DNA from: Selaginella moellendorffii
Taxonomy: Eukaryota > Plantae > Lycopodiophyta
DNA length: 64,000 nt
Direction: 5' to 3'
NCBI RefSeq assembly: GCF_000143415.4
Contig: NW_003314270.1
Coordinates: 2,570,191 to 2,634,190, forward strand
A program made the position numbers and the translations under genes. The notes under the pieces are model-generated. The model was not told the origin of the DNA. It saw nothing but the letters and a program-made list of their open reading frames with translations, and did not search any database. Positions 36,796 to 48,200 of the stretch are shown here, in pieces. Positions within the stretch are counted from its first letter, which is position 1. Each line of letters opens with the position of its first letter.

Positions 36796-38514
36796 TTACT
36801 TGGCACTTAGGGTTTTTGCGTCGGCGAGCATGACATAGAGACCGGCATTGTTGCTGGATCGCCCGCCCAGCCTGTGAATCGCCCCAGCGGCCCTCTCTGC
36901 GCCATTCTTCTCGCCGTGATTCCGCGATGCTGCCAAGAGCGTGTGCCAGGCGATTGGATTTGGCACGAAGGGCATGAAACGGACGAGATCCTCGGCCCTC
37001 TCCAACTGCCCCGCGCGCGCAAGCACGTCCACAAGGCAGCAGTAGTGGTCGTAGATCGGTTCCAGCGCATGATCGAAGGAAACGCTCCAAAATCTTCTGC
37101 GGCTCTCTTCGATCCGCCCCATTTTGCTGCAAGCCACGAGGATTCCGACGTAGGTGATGGCGCTGGCGAGGAATCCTTCACACTCCATGGCGGCGGCAAG
37201 CTCCAGCGCTGTGGCGGCGCCCACGGCGGCGGTGCACGCCACCACCATTGCATTCCAGGCCACGGCATCGCAAGAACTCATCCTCTGGAAGAGCTCCATC
37301 GCTCGATCCATCTGCCCGGTGCGAGCATAGGCATTGATGACGGCAGTGCGCGCTGCGAGGTCGCTGGATCGATTGGGCATCAGATCCAACATACTACGAG
37401 CAGTGGCGATCTGGCCATTCTCGATCAGCGCCTGGATGATAGCGAGCCAGGCCACCTCGTCCGTTTCAGGGATCTGCAGGAAGAGCTCCAATGCCTGCTC
37501 GATATGCCCGGCGCGGCCATAGGCTGTGATGAGCGTGGTGATCGCCACCACATCGAGCTCTGGCATTCGATCAAACAGGCACTTAGCCTGCTCCAAGTTA
37601 CCCCCTGCCGTGCTTGCGACAAGGATAGCGTTCCAGGAGATCCTGTTCCTCTCGGGCATCGAATCAAAAAGCCGCTGCGCTATTTCTAGATCCCCAACAC
37701 GGGCGTGACCGGAGATGATAGCAGTCCACGAGATCACATCCACAAATGGCATCGCAGAGATCACGCGATCTGCCTCAAGAACCTCCCCGGCATCGCAGAG
37801 CGCTGCCACAATCGCGTTGCACGATGCAACGTTTCTCTCAGGCATCGCACAGAAGATCTCTTTTGCGCGTTTTAGATGCCCGTTTCGGGCATATGTAGCA
37901 ATGAGCGCGTTATAAGTCACGATGTTGTGTTCCGGCATTGCAAGAAAGATGGCGGCCGCGGAGGTCATCTCGCCACGATCACCGTATCCGCTCATAATCG
38001 CGGTCCAGGAATTTACGCTCTTGTGGGGCATTTGATCAAAGAGGTTTCTTGCAATGGCCAAATGGCCGGACTGGAGATAGCTCTGGATCATGGTGCCCCA
38101 GGAGATTGTGTCGTGATCGCCCATGGCATCGAACACTTGCCGTGCCTCCTCGATCTGGCCGCGGCTTGCTAGCACACGAATCATTGCAGTGGAGGAGACG
38201 GGATTCCAAACGGGCATCCTATGGAAGAAAAGGTTGGCGGCGTTCTTGAGGTCGCCGTGGAGGGCGCAGCCAGAGAGGATGGCATTGAAGGAGACAATGC
38301 TGTGTTTGGGAGTGGAGTCAAAGATCTTCCAGGCAAGGTCCATTTGCCCAGCCTGGGCAAATGCGGTGATCACAGTGTTCCAGGTGACCACGTTTTTCTT
38401 GGAATCCGGGATTCGGTTGAACAGGTCTGTGGCTTGCTTGAGATTCCCATGTTTGAGATGAAAAGCTAGCTTTGTGTTCCAAGACAAGACTTCGTTGTGT
38501 AACCCAGATTCCAT
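36796..38514 (-). CDS. PLS-class PPR protein with an E domain and no DYW (organellar RNA-editing factor type), intronless
   Basis: Tandem 31-aa S-type repeats (MPERNxxSWNAxI); E domain HYCCLVDVLARAGQL...MPFVPNPIAWHTLLAA. Confidence 0.93.
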   Translation of the reverse strand: MESGLHNEVLSWNTKLAFHLKHGNLKQATDLFNRIPDSKKNVVTWNTVITAFAQAGQMDLAWKIFDSTPKHSIVSFNAILSGCALHGDLKNAANLFFHRMPVWNPVSSTAMIRVLASRGQIEEARQVFDAMGDHDTISWGTMIQSYLQSGHLAIARNLFDQMPHKSVNSWTAIMSGYGDRGEMTSAAAIFLAMPEHNIVTYNALIATYARNGHLKRAKEIFCAMPERNVASCNAIVAALCDAGEVLEADRVISAMPFVDVISWTAIISGHARVGDLEIAQRLFDSMPERNRISWNAILVASTAGGNLEQAKCLFDRMPELDVVAITTLITAYGRAGHIEQALELFLQIPETDEVAWLAIIQALIENGQIATARSMLDLMPNRSSDLAARTAVINAYARTGQMDRAMELFQRMSSCDAVAWNAMVVACTAAVGAATALELAAAMECEGFLASAITYVGILVACSKMGRIEESRRRFWSVSFDHALEPIYDHYCCLVDVLARAGQLERAEDLVRFMPFVPNPIAWHTLLAASRNHGEKNGAERAAGAIHRLGGRSSNNAGLYVMLADAKTLSAK

Positions 38515-39639
38515 AGACACAAAAGTTCAAAACACCACATTCTCATATTTTAGGTATGGTTTAGTACTATAAATGGATAAAGTCTTGAATTTTATATCGA
38601 CTATATATGTTTGTATATAATAAAACATGCTGTTTATTTTATATTTTCAATAACAAAAATGATTTTCTAGATATTATTAAAGTAAATTACTCACAATTAC
38701 CTTAATTATCTTAATATAAATAAATATATTAAAATGTTATATATATGTTATCAAATTTACTAAATACTTATAATATTCTTATTTTCTATATATAGTTCAA
38801 TATCCTAAAAACTAAAACTCAATTTCTAAGTGCTCAGGATATAAAAATAAAAGTATATATGAATTTGGGTTTAAACCCCGACAAGGTCATGTATTTGAAG
38901 ACTTTACATGTTAAATAAATTAAACAAATAAAAGTAAAGATCATAATTAAACGCATTACATATTATTCTAATTTTTATTTTATAGATTTCATATTTTATT
39001 TATTTTATATTAATTTTATGAAGATCACATCTATTTTCAGAATGAACTTATAATCTTGAATCTTTAATTTTTACCAAAAAAGTAATTTTCTTATCAATAA
39101 AATTTTAAATTTTTTTCACTTTAGCTCTTTTGTTAGGATGTTTTTTCCCTAAATTTAAAAAGAAAAAGTTTTTAAAAGAATGATTCATTCCTCTTTTTAA
39201 TCATTTAAATTTCAAAATATCAACTACATTATTTCATTAATAATTGAAATTGCATAATCTAAATACAATGTTTTGAATTCAAACTTTACATTTCTATGTC
39301 TTTTGAAATTCTAATGTGTGCTTCTTTATGTATTCACTGAGGTTTGACATGAAATTGGAATGTAATTGATTTATATAGAAAGCAGACTTTAGTGTTATCA
39401 CACCTGACAAATGGTAAAGAAGATACTAGAAAAGTTAGTTCATAAATGTATCCAGAAACCTGTCACTCAAAACACCAACTTTACAATTCTTCTGTGATTG
39501 CAGCAAGAGATTTCCTGGCATGCACACTCTCCTGGATTTTCATTAGGCTAGTAGCCCAGGGACAAACAGCCGAGAGCAAGAAACGTTTCTTTTTACTGAC
39601 AAGAAGCGTTCTTTTTACGCACTAAAGGAAGTCTACAAT

Positions 39640-39942
39640 TCAATCCTTCTTTCCGAAAAGTCCTCCCAAGAAGCCACCCTTGGAGGGCGCTGCTGCTGTC
39701 CCTGCTCCTTTCTTCTGCTTGCTCGATGGCACCGCTGACGACGCAGCTCCATTGGATCGATCATTTCCATCGCCCTGGTTCAAAACCGGATCCTTCTCCG
39801 AGAAAGTTTCCTTGTCCAATCCCTTGAGCAACCAGTCCAAGAACCCTCCACCATCCTGCTGCTGCTGCTTCTTCTCGGCGCTCAAGAAGAGTGGCCTTTG
39901 AGGGGCTTGCAACGCGATCCCTCCCACACCAAACTGGGCCAT
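39640..39942 (-). CDS. TSP9: Thylakoid soluble phosphoprotein TSP9-like
   Basis: GFLDWLLKGLDKETFSEKDPVL and C-terminal GGFLGGLFGKKD match the TSP9 pattern. Confidence 0.75.
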   Translation of the reverse strand: MAQFGVGGIALQAPQRPLFLSAEKKQQQQDGGGFLDWLLKGLDKETFSEKDPVLNQGDGNDRSNGAASSAVPSSKQKKGAGTAAAPSKGGFLGGLFGKKD

Positions 39943-40429
39943 TTCTCCTTCCAAATCGTCCTCGAGAGCGATCAAAACCCTAGCTACGTATGCCAAGCAC
40001 CAGAGACGCTTGTGGAGTGCACACGCTCCCCCCGGATAAGAAACGAAAGAGCCTGCTACCGCCACGTGGTAGCTTATCCCAACCCACGTCATGGCCACGT
40101 TGGCTGCTGACGCGGCTGAATACAAGGTTCATATGTATTTTACAGATTTTACTGGGATGAAAACAAGCTTTTTAGATTTTCCTGCGAAGTAGTTTCTGAA
40201 AGTCTCAAAATCAAATCGATGGAAGCTCAAGCACTTACAAATGAGAAAAACATTAAAAAGTTAGCATGAACTGAACGGGAAACTATAGAAGAGAAATCAT
40301 ACCTCCCATGCGCTGTGACTCTACCGCGAGCCCAATTTCTGTAAGATCAGTGCTAAAAACACCAGAACTCTGTCTAAGAGCCCTCGCGAATTTCATGGCC
40401 AAGCCGTCGCACTATCCTAAGAACTGTAG

Positions 40430-41313
40430 CTACCGCTGCGAGTGCATATCCCTCCAAACCCAAGCGCTGGATTTAAAATCTGCTGATATTTGCACCCGCA
40501 AAACCTCATGAACAGTACCTCGTTCCATCACCTTGAAGAGAAATCGCTGGCGAGGCTCAGTGAGCTCGTACAAGGACGCTATCTTCATGTGCATCTCGTC
40601 TCGCCGGCGGAAGCCATTGGACCAAACACCCATGCTCCACCACCGAAAGCATATGTGTCGATCGGAAATCTTCCTCCCAACGAGGGCGTCTCTCACAGCA
40701 TCATCCTGGTGTCAAGGCAAAGATTTCTAAGAGGAAAACCAGAGGGAAAGCATTGAGTTACCTGGATCTTGAGATGGACGAGCGAGTAGTGCAAGCCGAT
40801 TAGATTCACCAGGACGCTCAAAGCTGGCGAGAACAGATTGATGAGAACGTCCTGGAAGCCAATGTCTCGCACGCACAGGAGGTCGAGAGCGTTGAGATAG
40901 TTGGCGACTTCCAGCGATTCTTCGCAGGCGTACATTCTCACAAACTCGATCACGGCTCCGGCCAAGCTTGCCATCTCAAGGTGGCGATGAGCGTACGATG
41001 TTCTCCAATCCTTTAAAGGAATCTATCAGAAAATTTATCACAAGAAAGAAAATTAGCTACCTCGTGAGGCTGCTTGTAAGGGATGGCCGCGGGCCAGCGT
41101 CTCTTGAAAACGCTGGCCCAGATTCCATCGCGACAACCGATTTTCCAGAGAGATTTTGAGCAGCTTGCCAGTGCACAAAGATCTCGCGACTGTGTCACGA
41201 ACTTTAGGAAATCTCTGCAACATTCCCTATCACCATCATACCTCGAGCAAGATCAGGATGCGCTCCAATAGATCGTCCTCCAGATCCTCAACCCTTCCTG
41301 CCTGTGAATCCAT
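40430..41313 (-). CDS. F-box protein, multi-exon
   Basis: VEDLEDDLLERILILLE|SRDLCALASCSKSLW...DGIW...FKRRW; downstream exons splice in frame to ...WVWRDMHSQR*. Confidence 0.8.
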
Positions 41314-41504
41314 GGTACCGTGCTGCACGATCTTGCGAGATCAAACACCGGCGCGTTGAGATCGGCGCCTTGGAGAAGCCATTGCTGGAAGAAACTCTCC
41401 AAATTTCTTCCTGGAGGAAGAATCCCCAAATTTCTCTCCTTCCAGGTGGCAGTACAAGGAATATACGAGCCCTGCTTTCTAGGGTTCTTGAGTGAAGAGG
41501 ACAA

Positions 41505-42248
41505 ATGCGCTGGCGCGGAATCGTTGTTCTAGTCGTGGCTTGCGTCGGTGAGTAATTCTTGTCTCCAGAATCTTTACCGAGCACTGGATCTCTCAGTATC
41601 TCGGTGCGGAGGGGATGTGGAATCGACGCTCGCGATGGTGAAGCCCGACTGCGTCGAGACGAATCAGGTGGAATCCATCAAGGCCCTTGTCAATGCGTCG
41701 GGTTTTCTGATAATCACCGAGAGAATGCTACGTCTGGAAGAATCGCTGGCCAGGAACTTTTATGCCGAGCATTCCAAGCGCGAGTTTTTTGACGATCTCG
41801 TCGATTTCATGACAAGGTTTGATGGATTATTGGCTTGTTTTTGCCGCGTTCTTTACAGCCATTCCCTTGTTCTTCGCAGTGGTCCTGTCGCTGCCATGGT
41901 GCTCCAGAAACGCAACGCCATTGCCGAGTGGCGTGAGTTGATCGGTCCGACTGATCCATCCAAGGCGAGAGTTTCTCATCCACAAACGTAAGAACAAGTT
42001 TGTTTGCAAGCTTTCACTTTTCTCTGTGATCGGGATGGTGTAGCCTTCGAGCCAAATGGGGTATCGATACGCAAAGGAACTGCGTTCACGGATCAGATTC
42101 ATCACTATCTGCTGGAAGAGAAATTTCTCTCTTGTTTGGTGGTTCACGCTCCACAGGCAAGCGTTTCATGCGCGGTGTATCTCGTGCTTATATGTGGTGT
42201 ACTTTGATCTTGGCAGGAGCCGGTAGAATCTCTCACGAAGAACTATGA
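41505..42248 (+). CDS. NDK5: Nucleoside diphosphate kinase, type IV/ER type (NDK5-like)
   Basis: Signal peptide MRWRGIVVLVVACV; TLAMVKPD; FYAEH; SGPV; WRELIGPTDP; NCVHGSDS; C-terminal HEEL*. Confidence 0.88.
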
Positions 42249-42479
42249 GCTGCGCGAAAGTGTCTCAAGGATCGTGGCTTTCGGCTCGTACTGTCAGTCA
42301 CATACTCCACATTGGCCGGCAGGGTACTAAGTATAATTCGCGCTTGGGAAAGGTGGAGCCATAGATCGCATCCAACACAATCTAAGGCTGATCTCTATGT
42401 TGGCCCCTCGCAATCAGGGTTGCAGCTTGGGTACATCCAGCAAGGAGCACAGCTACAGGCAGGTCCAGTTCAACAATGG

Positions 42480-44500
42480 ATGCCGCAGCTCTAGAGCCAA
42501 GCCGATGGATGCAAACTGTTGAGTGGCCCTGTGCCACGTGGCTACTTTCCAGTGGTTTGCCACGAAGCTTCTGGTTTCCGGCTGTCTTGACGGCAAACTA
42601 TCTCCAGAACCGGCTCCCCACCTCTGCTGGCATCGCTCCTGAAGAAGCATGGAGTAGCAAGAACCTACAGTTACGCATCTGAGAATATTCAGGTGTGAAG
42701 CGTGGGCACACATCCCTGATGGAATGCACAAGAAATTGGACCCCAAGAGCCAGCAGGCTGTGTTTGTCGATCACAAAGCCTATCGTCTCTGAAATCCAAT
42801 CACGAAGCAGGAGATCCTCAGCAGAGATGTGGTTTTCAACGTCCAGTCAAGGTTCTACATCCAGGCCTACCTTGACCGAAGAAAATGACGTTGAAGCGGA
42901 ACAAGACCAGTTGACTGTCAGCATGATCACTGTGCCGCTTCAAACAGTCCCTACGCATCAACTCATGCCCGCTTCTACTCCAACACCACCAATGCCGCCG
43001 CCTCCTCCAGATCCTCCACGCAGATCGATCCGCACAAGGCGGCCTACTGAGCGTCTCATCGAGACAATGGTCTCATCTCGTGCAGCTGGGACTCCTACTG
43101 TTCCGAGGACCTATGGAGAAGCCATGGCCTCACAGGAAGCGTCTTACTGGCGTGTAGCAATGGAAGCCGAGATTGCTTCACAGCAAAAGAACGAGACACA
43201 TGTTCTTGTTCCTAGTGCTTGTTCCTTGTAGCTACTGCCCGGTCATCACCACCATGGAGGCAGACTTACGGCTTGCTACTCCCGAAGCAAAGCTGTACGA
43301 TGATTATCAAGAGCATGTGGGTGTATGCTCTTAAGCTTAATCCTGATGGCTCGGTTCGCGATTGGTGGCGAAAGGATGCTTGCAAGTTCCTGGACTTGGC
43401 TACAACGACACCTTCGCTCCAGTGGTTAAGCATTCTACTCTTCGTTCCTTGATTAATTTTGCTGCGGTGGGAGACTTTGATCTGGAACAGATGGATGTGA
43501 CCACGCCGTTTCTTTATGGCGAGCTTGAAGAAGAAATCTATATGTCACAGCCAGAAGGATTTCTAGCCGCTGGAAAAGAGGATCATCTCTGGCTTCTCAA
43601 AAAAGCTGTCTACGGCTTGAAACAAGCACCCAGATCCTTACTAAGTGTGGGCTTTTCCCGTAGCGAGGCAGCGAATCTTTATATTCGGGTGGACGGTGAA
43701 TCATTTGTGATCATCGCTCTTTATGTTGATGATACTCTTGTCATCCATAATCATCACTTACTGTTTCTCCAGGTTAAGCGAGATCTTTGCAGATGAAAAC
43801 TCTTGGCTCGGCTTCCTACTTTCTTGACATGGAACTTGTGCGTGATCGAGGCTGCCAGCTCTCCCAATCCATGTCTCCTGAGACAGAGGACGACAAAAGA
43901 GCCATGGACTCCATCCCTTACAGACAAGCTGTTAGCAGTCTCATGTACCCAGATATTTCTTTTGCCATGAGCAAGCCAATTCCTGGCTAATCCTGGATCT
44001 CAACATTGGGCAGCGGTGAAACGCATCTTCAGGTACCTTCGTGGTACTACTTACCTTGGATTGTGCTACCAGGGAAAAGAGCTTACCCTCGCGGGCTACT
44101 GTGATGCTGATTTTGGGGGAGACTGAGACACACGCAAGTCCACCTCTGGCTATTCGTTTTCCCTGGGCAGTGCGACAGTCTCGTGGTGCACAGGACGCAA
44201 AGTACAGTGGCAACGTCTAGCACTGAAGCAGAATATTTGGCAGCCTCACAAGCTACCAAAGACACTACTTTCTAACCTTGGTGTGAGTGTGAAGACTCCC
44301 ACTCGCCTCTTCTGCGATAATCAAGCGTTAGCAGCCAATCATCACTTTCATTCACGCACCAAACACTTTGGGATTCATCATCATTTTGTTCGTGAGAAAG
44401 TGGAAGATGGCACAATTGAGCTGATCTACTGCAACATGACGACTCAGGTTGCAGATATCTTCACAAAAGCACTACCCCGAGATCAATTTCAAAGTCCCAC
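42480..44500 (+). mobile_element. Degenerate Ty1/Copia retrotransposon pol (integrase, RT, RNase H); LTRs not recognised
   Basis: GLPRSFW.PAV.TANYLQNRLP; DTFAPV; QMDV..FLYGELEEEIYMSQPEGF; YGLKQAPR; LYVDD; CDADF; STEAEY; RTKH..HHHFVRE; QVADIFTKAL; many frameshifts. Confidence 0.93.
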
Positions 44501-46299
44501 TGGAAGAACTTTCTGTATATTCAACTATATATAAATGGTACATATACATGAAACTACTGCCACGTAGGCATAACTACATGCCACATCATCTAATACTCCC
44601 ACTAGCTGATCCAAGCTTGAATCTAAGCTTGAATCATGCTTAGCTAGTCTGAGATGATGAGCATGGAGAGCTGATGAGAAAGGCATATGAAAAACTCATC
44701 AATCAACTACCCAAAACTTGGTTTTTGGTCATGGACTTACTTGCACACTCTTTGCTCTTTGCTATGGCTTCAATCTTGCCACTAGCATGTGATCTTGGCT
44801 GTGAACTGCAAGGTTCCCATTTTTACTACTACTAAGCACTTAAATCTCCAAAAGTATCCTTCGCAATTGCTAGAAGTTCCTACAAAGAATTGTTATGCCA
44901 TGTTCTTGAATCTTGCTTGATCTAATTTTTTATATAGGTTGCTGAAATCTCTCAATCTCCCACTGGCTTTATACTCTACTTGCTGCTCAGCACCTCTGCA
45001 CAGCCTAGTGCCTTTAAGCATCTAGCACATCTACCAAAAGCTTCAAGCAGTGCAAAAAGGGATTGGAATCAGGAGGCTCATCCTCCTCCTTGTCACTAGC
45101 CTCTTGGCTAGCAAGTTCCATGCCCAAGATCAAGGAGCCAATTGCTTCGATATTATAGTAGTAGTGGAGAGATGCACATGAGGAGGAAATTTTTTTTGTG
45201 TATTCAACTGTATATGGATGGTACATATATATGAAACTACTACTACATAGGCATAACTAGGGCGTGGACCATACTTGAGCTCACGAGTTGAAGAGTTGAG
45301 CTCACGAGTTGAGCTCAATTTTCAATTGTAATTTAGTACAAATATTATAAATTTTAAAAGTTTAAGGTTATGGCGAACCTAATAATTTAATAACTCTCTA
45401 TATATTATATAGATAAAAATGTTCTAAAGAGCACTTTTTGTTCTAATAATTTAAATATTTACTACATGCAATGATAGGGACATTTGTTAGAATATAAAAT
45501 AAAATGTTTGCAAAAAGAGTATTCTTGTCACTTCTTTAAATTTGTACTCTATGCTTTCTGGCTAGTAAATGTTAGGTTTGTCAGAATTAAAAAATTATTA
45601 AATTTGAAATAAGATTCTATGTAAAGCCATATAACCGTTTGAAAGGAAAAAAAATAACCGTTGATGTAAGCTTATTGCATATAAAAGAAAGACTTGGTTC
45701 TTTGTAGAATACATTCTTAAGGGGTTTGTCGTAGCATACTGTCTAGAATTTATAGATCTTCATTCACACTCTCATTCGAAAAAAGGGAAATACACCCACA
45801 AATGTCTATGGGTTCTAGTATTGATAATTTTAACTCTCACAATCTTTCTTCCCAGGGTTCAAGGGCTGAAGATGCAATAACTATCCCATTGCACAGCATA
45901 ACCAAATCACACAAGAGGATGAAAGAGAGGATAGTGAGGATAGTGATCATGAGTTGGAGATAAATGTAATGACAGAGGGTACAACAAATTGGATGAAAAA
46001 GAATGCCCTCTTACTTGTTTTAGAAAAGTGCAATTCTGCCACTTTCAAGAAGTGCCCCATATATTTTCTAGCGTCTGGTGGAAACAATGGCAATGATCAG
46101 TATGATGGTATATATGCTTTTGCGACACACTGCAACATCACGCACCCGAAAGACTACCATGAAATCTTTTTTGAGATGGTAAAGACAGAAATGGAAACAC
46201 ACGAGTACTATGGGCAGTATTGCGAGAAGAACACTCGGAAGCATATAAAATGAAAAGTGAAATGAAAAAGCATATTTTTATTAATTATATAAAGTATAA

Positions 46300-47600
46300 T
46301 AAGTTTTATTGATAGAGAATAAACATCGATAGTGTTGGAGAAATTTAATTAGCTCCAAAAATTTTTTGCAACTCAGCAATAGTAAGGCTTGTTTGGTGTA
46401 TATGAATATCCATTTTAGGATCTTGGCGCAAGATGTTGATGAAGATGTAGTACATATGCTTGCAAGGAGCATATGCCTTCCCATGTTCCTCGCGCTTCAT
46501 AAAGTCTGGACATGTGCAAGAAGGAAAGTTGTGAATGGCAATTGTGTACTCTCCACCTTCTGTTTTGACTGTGTACTCCTTTGCAAGTGCAATGATGTAG
46601 TTCGTGGAGAGAATTTCACACTCAAGTGTTTGAACCAAGTTTATTTTACCTTGCTTCTACTTGGAGACGGTACCAATAAATTTAACTGCCTTACCTTTTC
46701 ATGTTGGCCTCCTATCCATCTCTGTAGGAATAGTCTTGCTCCTGTCACTCATGTCTCCAACTCTCCTCTCAAGATTAAAACTAGATTTCTCAAGGTTTTC
46801 AATCTCATCCGAGGTGAGCGTGACCCCATTAGCAACTGGCCATTCTTTAGGTATTGCATTAGCTTTAGTCACTATAGTGTCTTCAAGCCGCTTCGTATGG
46901 TTGGTGTCGGTGTTGTAACAATATAGCCAGCACCATCTTGAAAATCCTGCTTGCTTTCGTTCCCTATAAAAACATGGGGCTGGAACAGAAGCAGATTTTT
47001 CACCACGAATATAGGCTCAACACTTGCCCCTCAGAAGCATCCCCACACACCTTACATTCAATTTTGTTGGCACGCGTCGGATTGCCCATTGCTTCGGCTC
47101 CACGCTACGGTAAGCAATTTCAACCTATTGTGATGCACTCTCTTCATCAGCCACTTGAGGTGGCTCGGTTCGAGAGCGGTGTCTTGGAGCAGAATGGTAC
47201 TTGACATCAGGTTTGTGAAAGCTTTTTGCTCCAAGGTCCATACTAACATCTTCCCCAGCAAAGGAAAAATGACGCTTTGAGCGGATAGTCTTCATATCAC
47301 TAATAGAAGCTCGGGGAGTGTACTCCATAGATGTGCCATGGACCACTTTCTCAACTGCAGTTGCCACTGTTCGGGCAGGTGGAGTTAATTTTCTCTTCAT
47401 CCTATCATGTAACATCTCAACAGAAGGCCCTGTTCCCATATATCTTCCTTCCTCGAATGCCAGTGCTTTTGAAGATTGCTCTATAGCACATATCAAATCA
47501 CTGATGAGCATCACTTGTGATGGCCACAATGCCAATGGGAGTGTTGAGAGCAGCCCTGTGCCATGTGACTAGTCCATGTGGAGAGACACAAGTCTTCACT
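46300..47600 (-). mobile_element. Degenerate SWIM zinc-finger-containing TE fragment (MULE-like)
   Basis: YTIAIHNFPSCTCPDF...PCKHMYYIF (CxC...CxH SWIM motif) in broken ORFs. Confidence 0.6.
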
Positions 47601-47769
47601 GGTTCACTGTGTATGAGTCCTCACCGGTTCATCGTGTCACACATATATACATTTCCATTCCATATATACTATGACAGATCTTGAGCACCATCACACAGTT
47701 TCACCTTTCATTAGAGCACTATCCTTTGGAGCAGTGGTATAGTTTTGTCATGCCTCACTAGCAGAATAC

Positions 47770-48200
47770 CCATGCCCCAAGCCCCAGCAGTTCAATGGTT
47801 TCCAACCTTTCATGCTAGAATGCTTATCAAAATCTGATTGTGCCTTAGCAGCACACAATTTACATCTCACAACCTATGAGCTGGAAATCCATCTTGACAA
47901 GGGACCTCTGCCAAGATCCAGAGATAGGCAAGGTTGCATAATTGGTCCAGCTCATCAAATGGGCCACTTTGTTTTCATTCACCCGCAGCAATTTTACATA
48001 ACACATCTAGATAATAAGTTGGCTGAAGAGCATCTTCCAAATGAATGGCTTCCAAATTTGAATGAGGAGGTGTTGGTATTGTTTTTATTGATGATGCTAT
48101 GAGAGCTTTTTAAGAGTGAAAAGGACAAATTGTCAATCATCAATAATCTCTTGTATCCACCATGGGACTGCAGTACGAGTGGATGACTAGTTGCCTCACA
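47770..48200 (+). mobile_element. Possible LINE reverse-transcriptase remnant
   Basis: LPRSRDRQGC resembles the LINE RT R.xRQGC motif; otherwise very decayed. Confidence 0.3.

Noticed and set aside
39943-40125. Longer 161-aa version of the TSP9 ORF
   Set aside because: The upstream part looks like promoter/UTR (contains G-box CACGTG) and lacks similarity; the ATG at 39942 is preferred.
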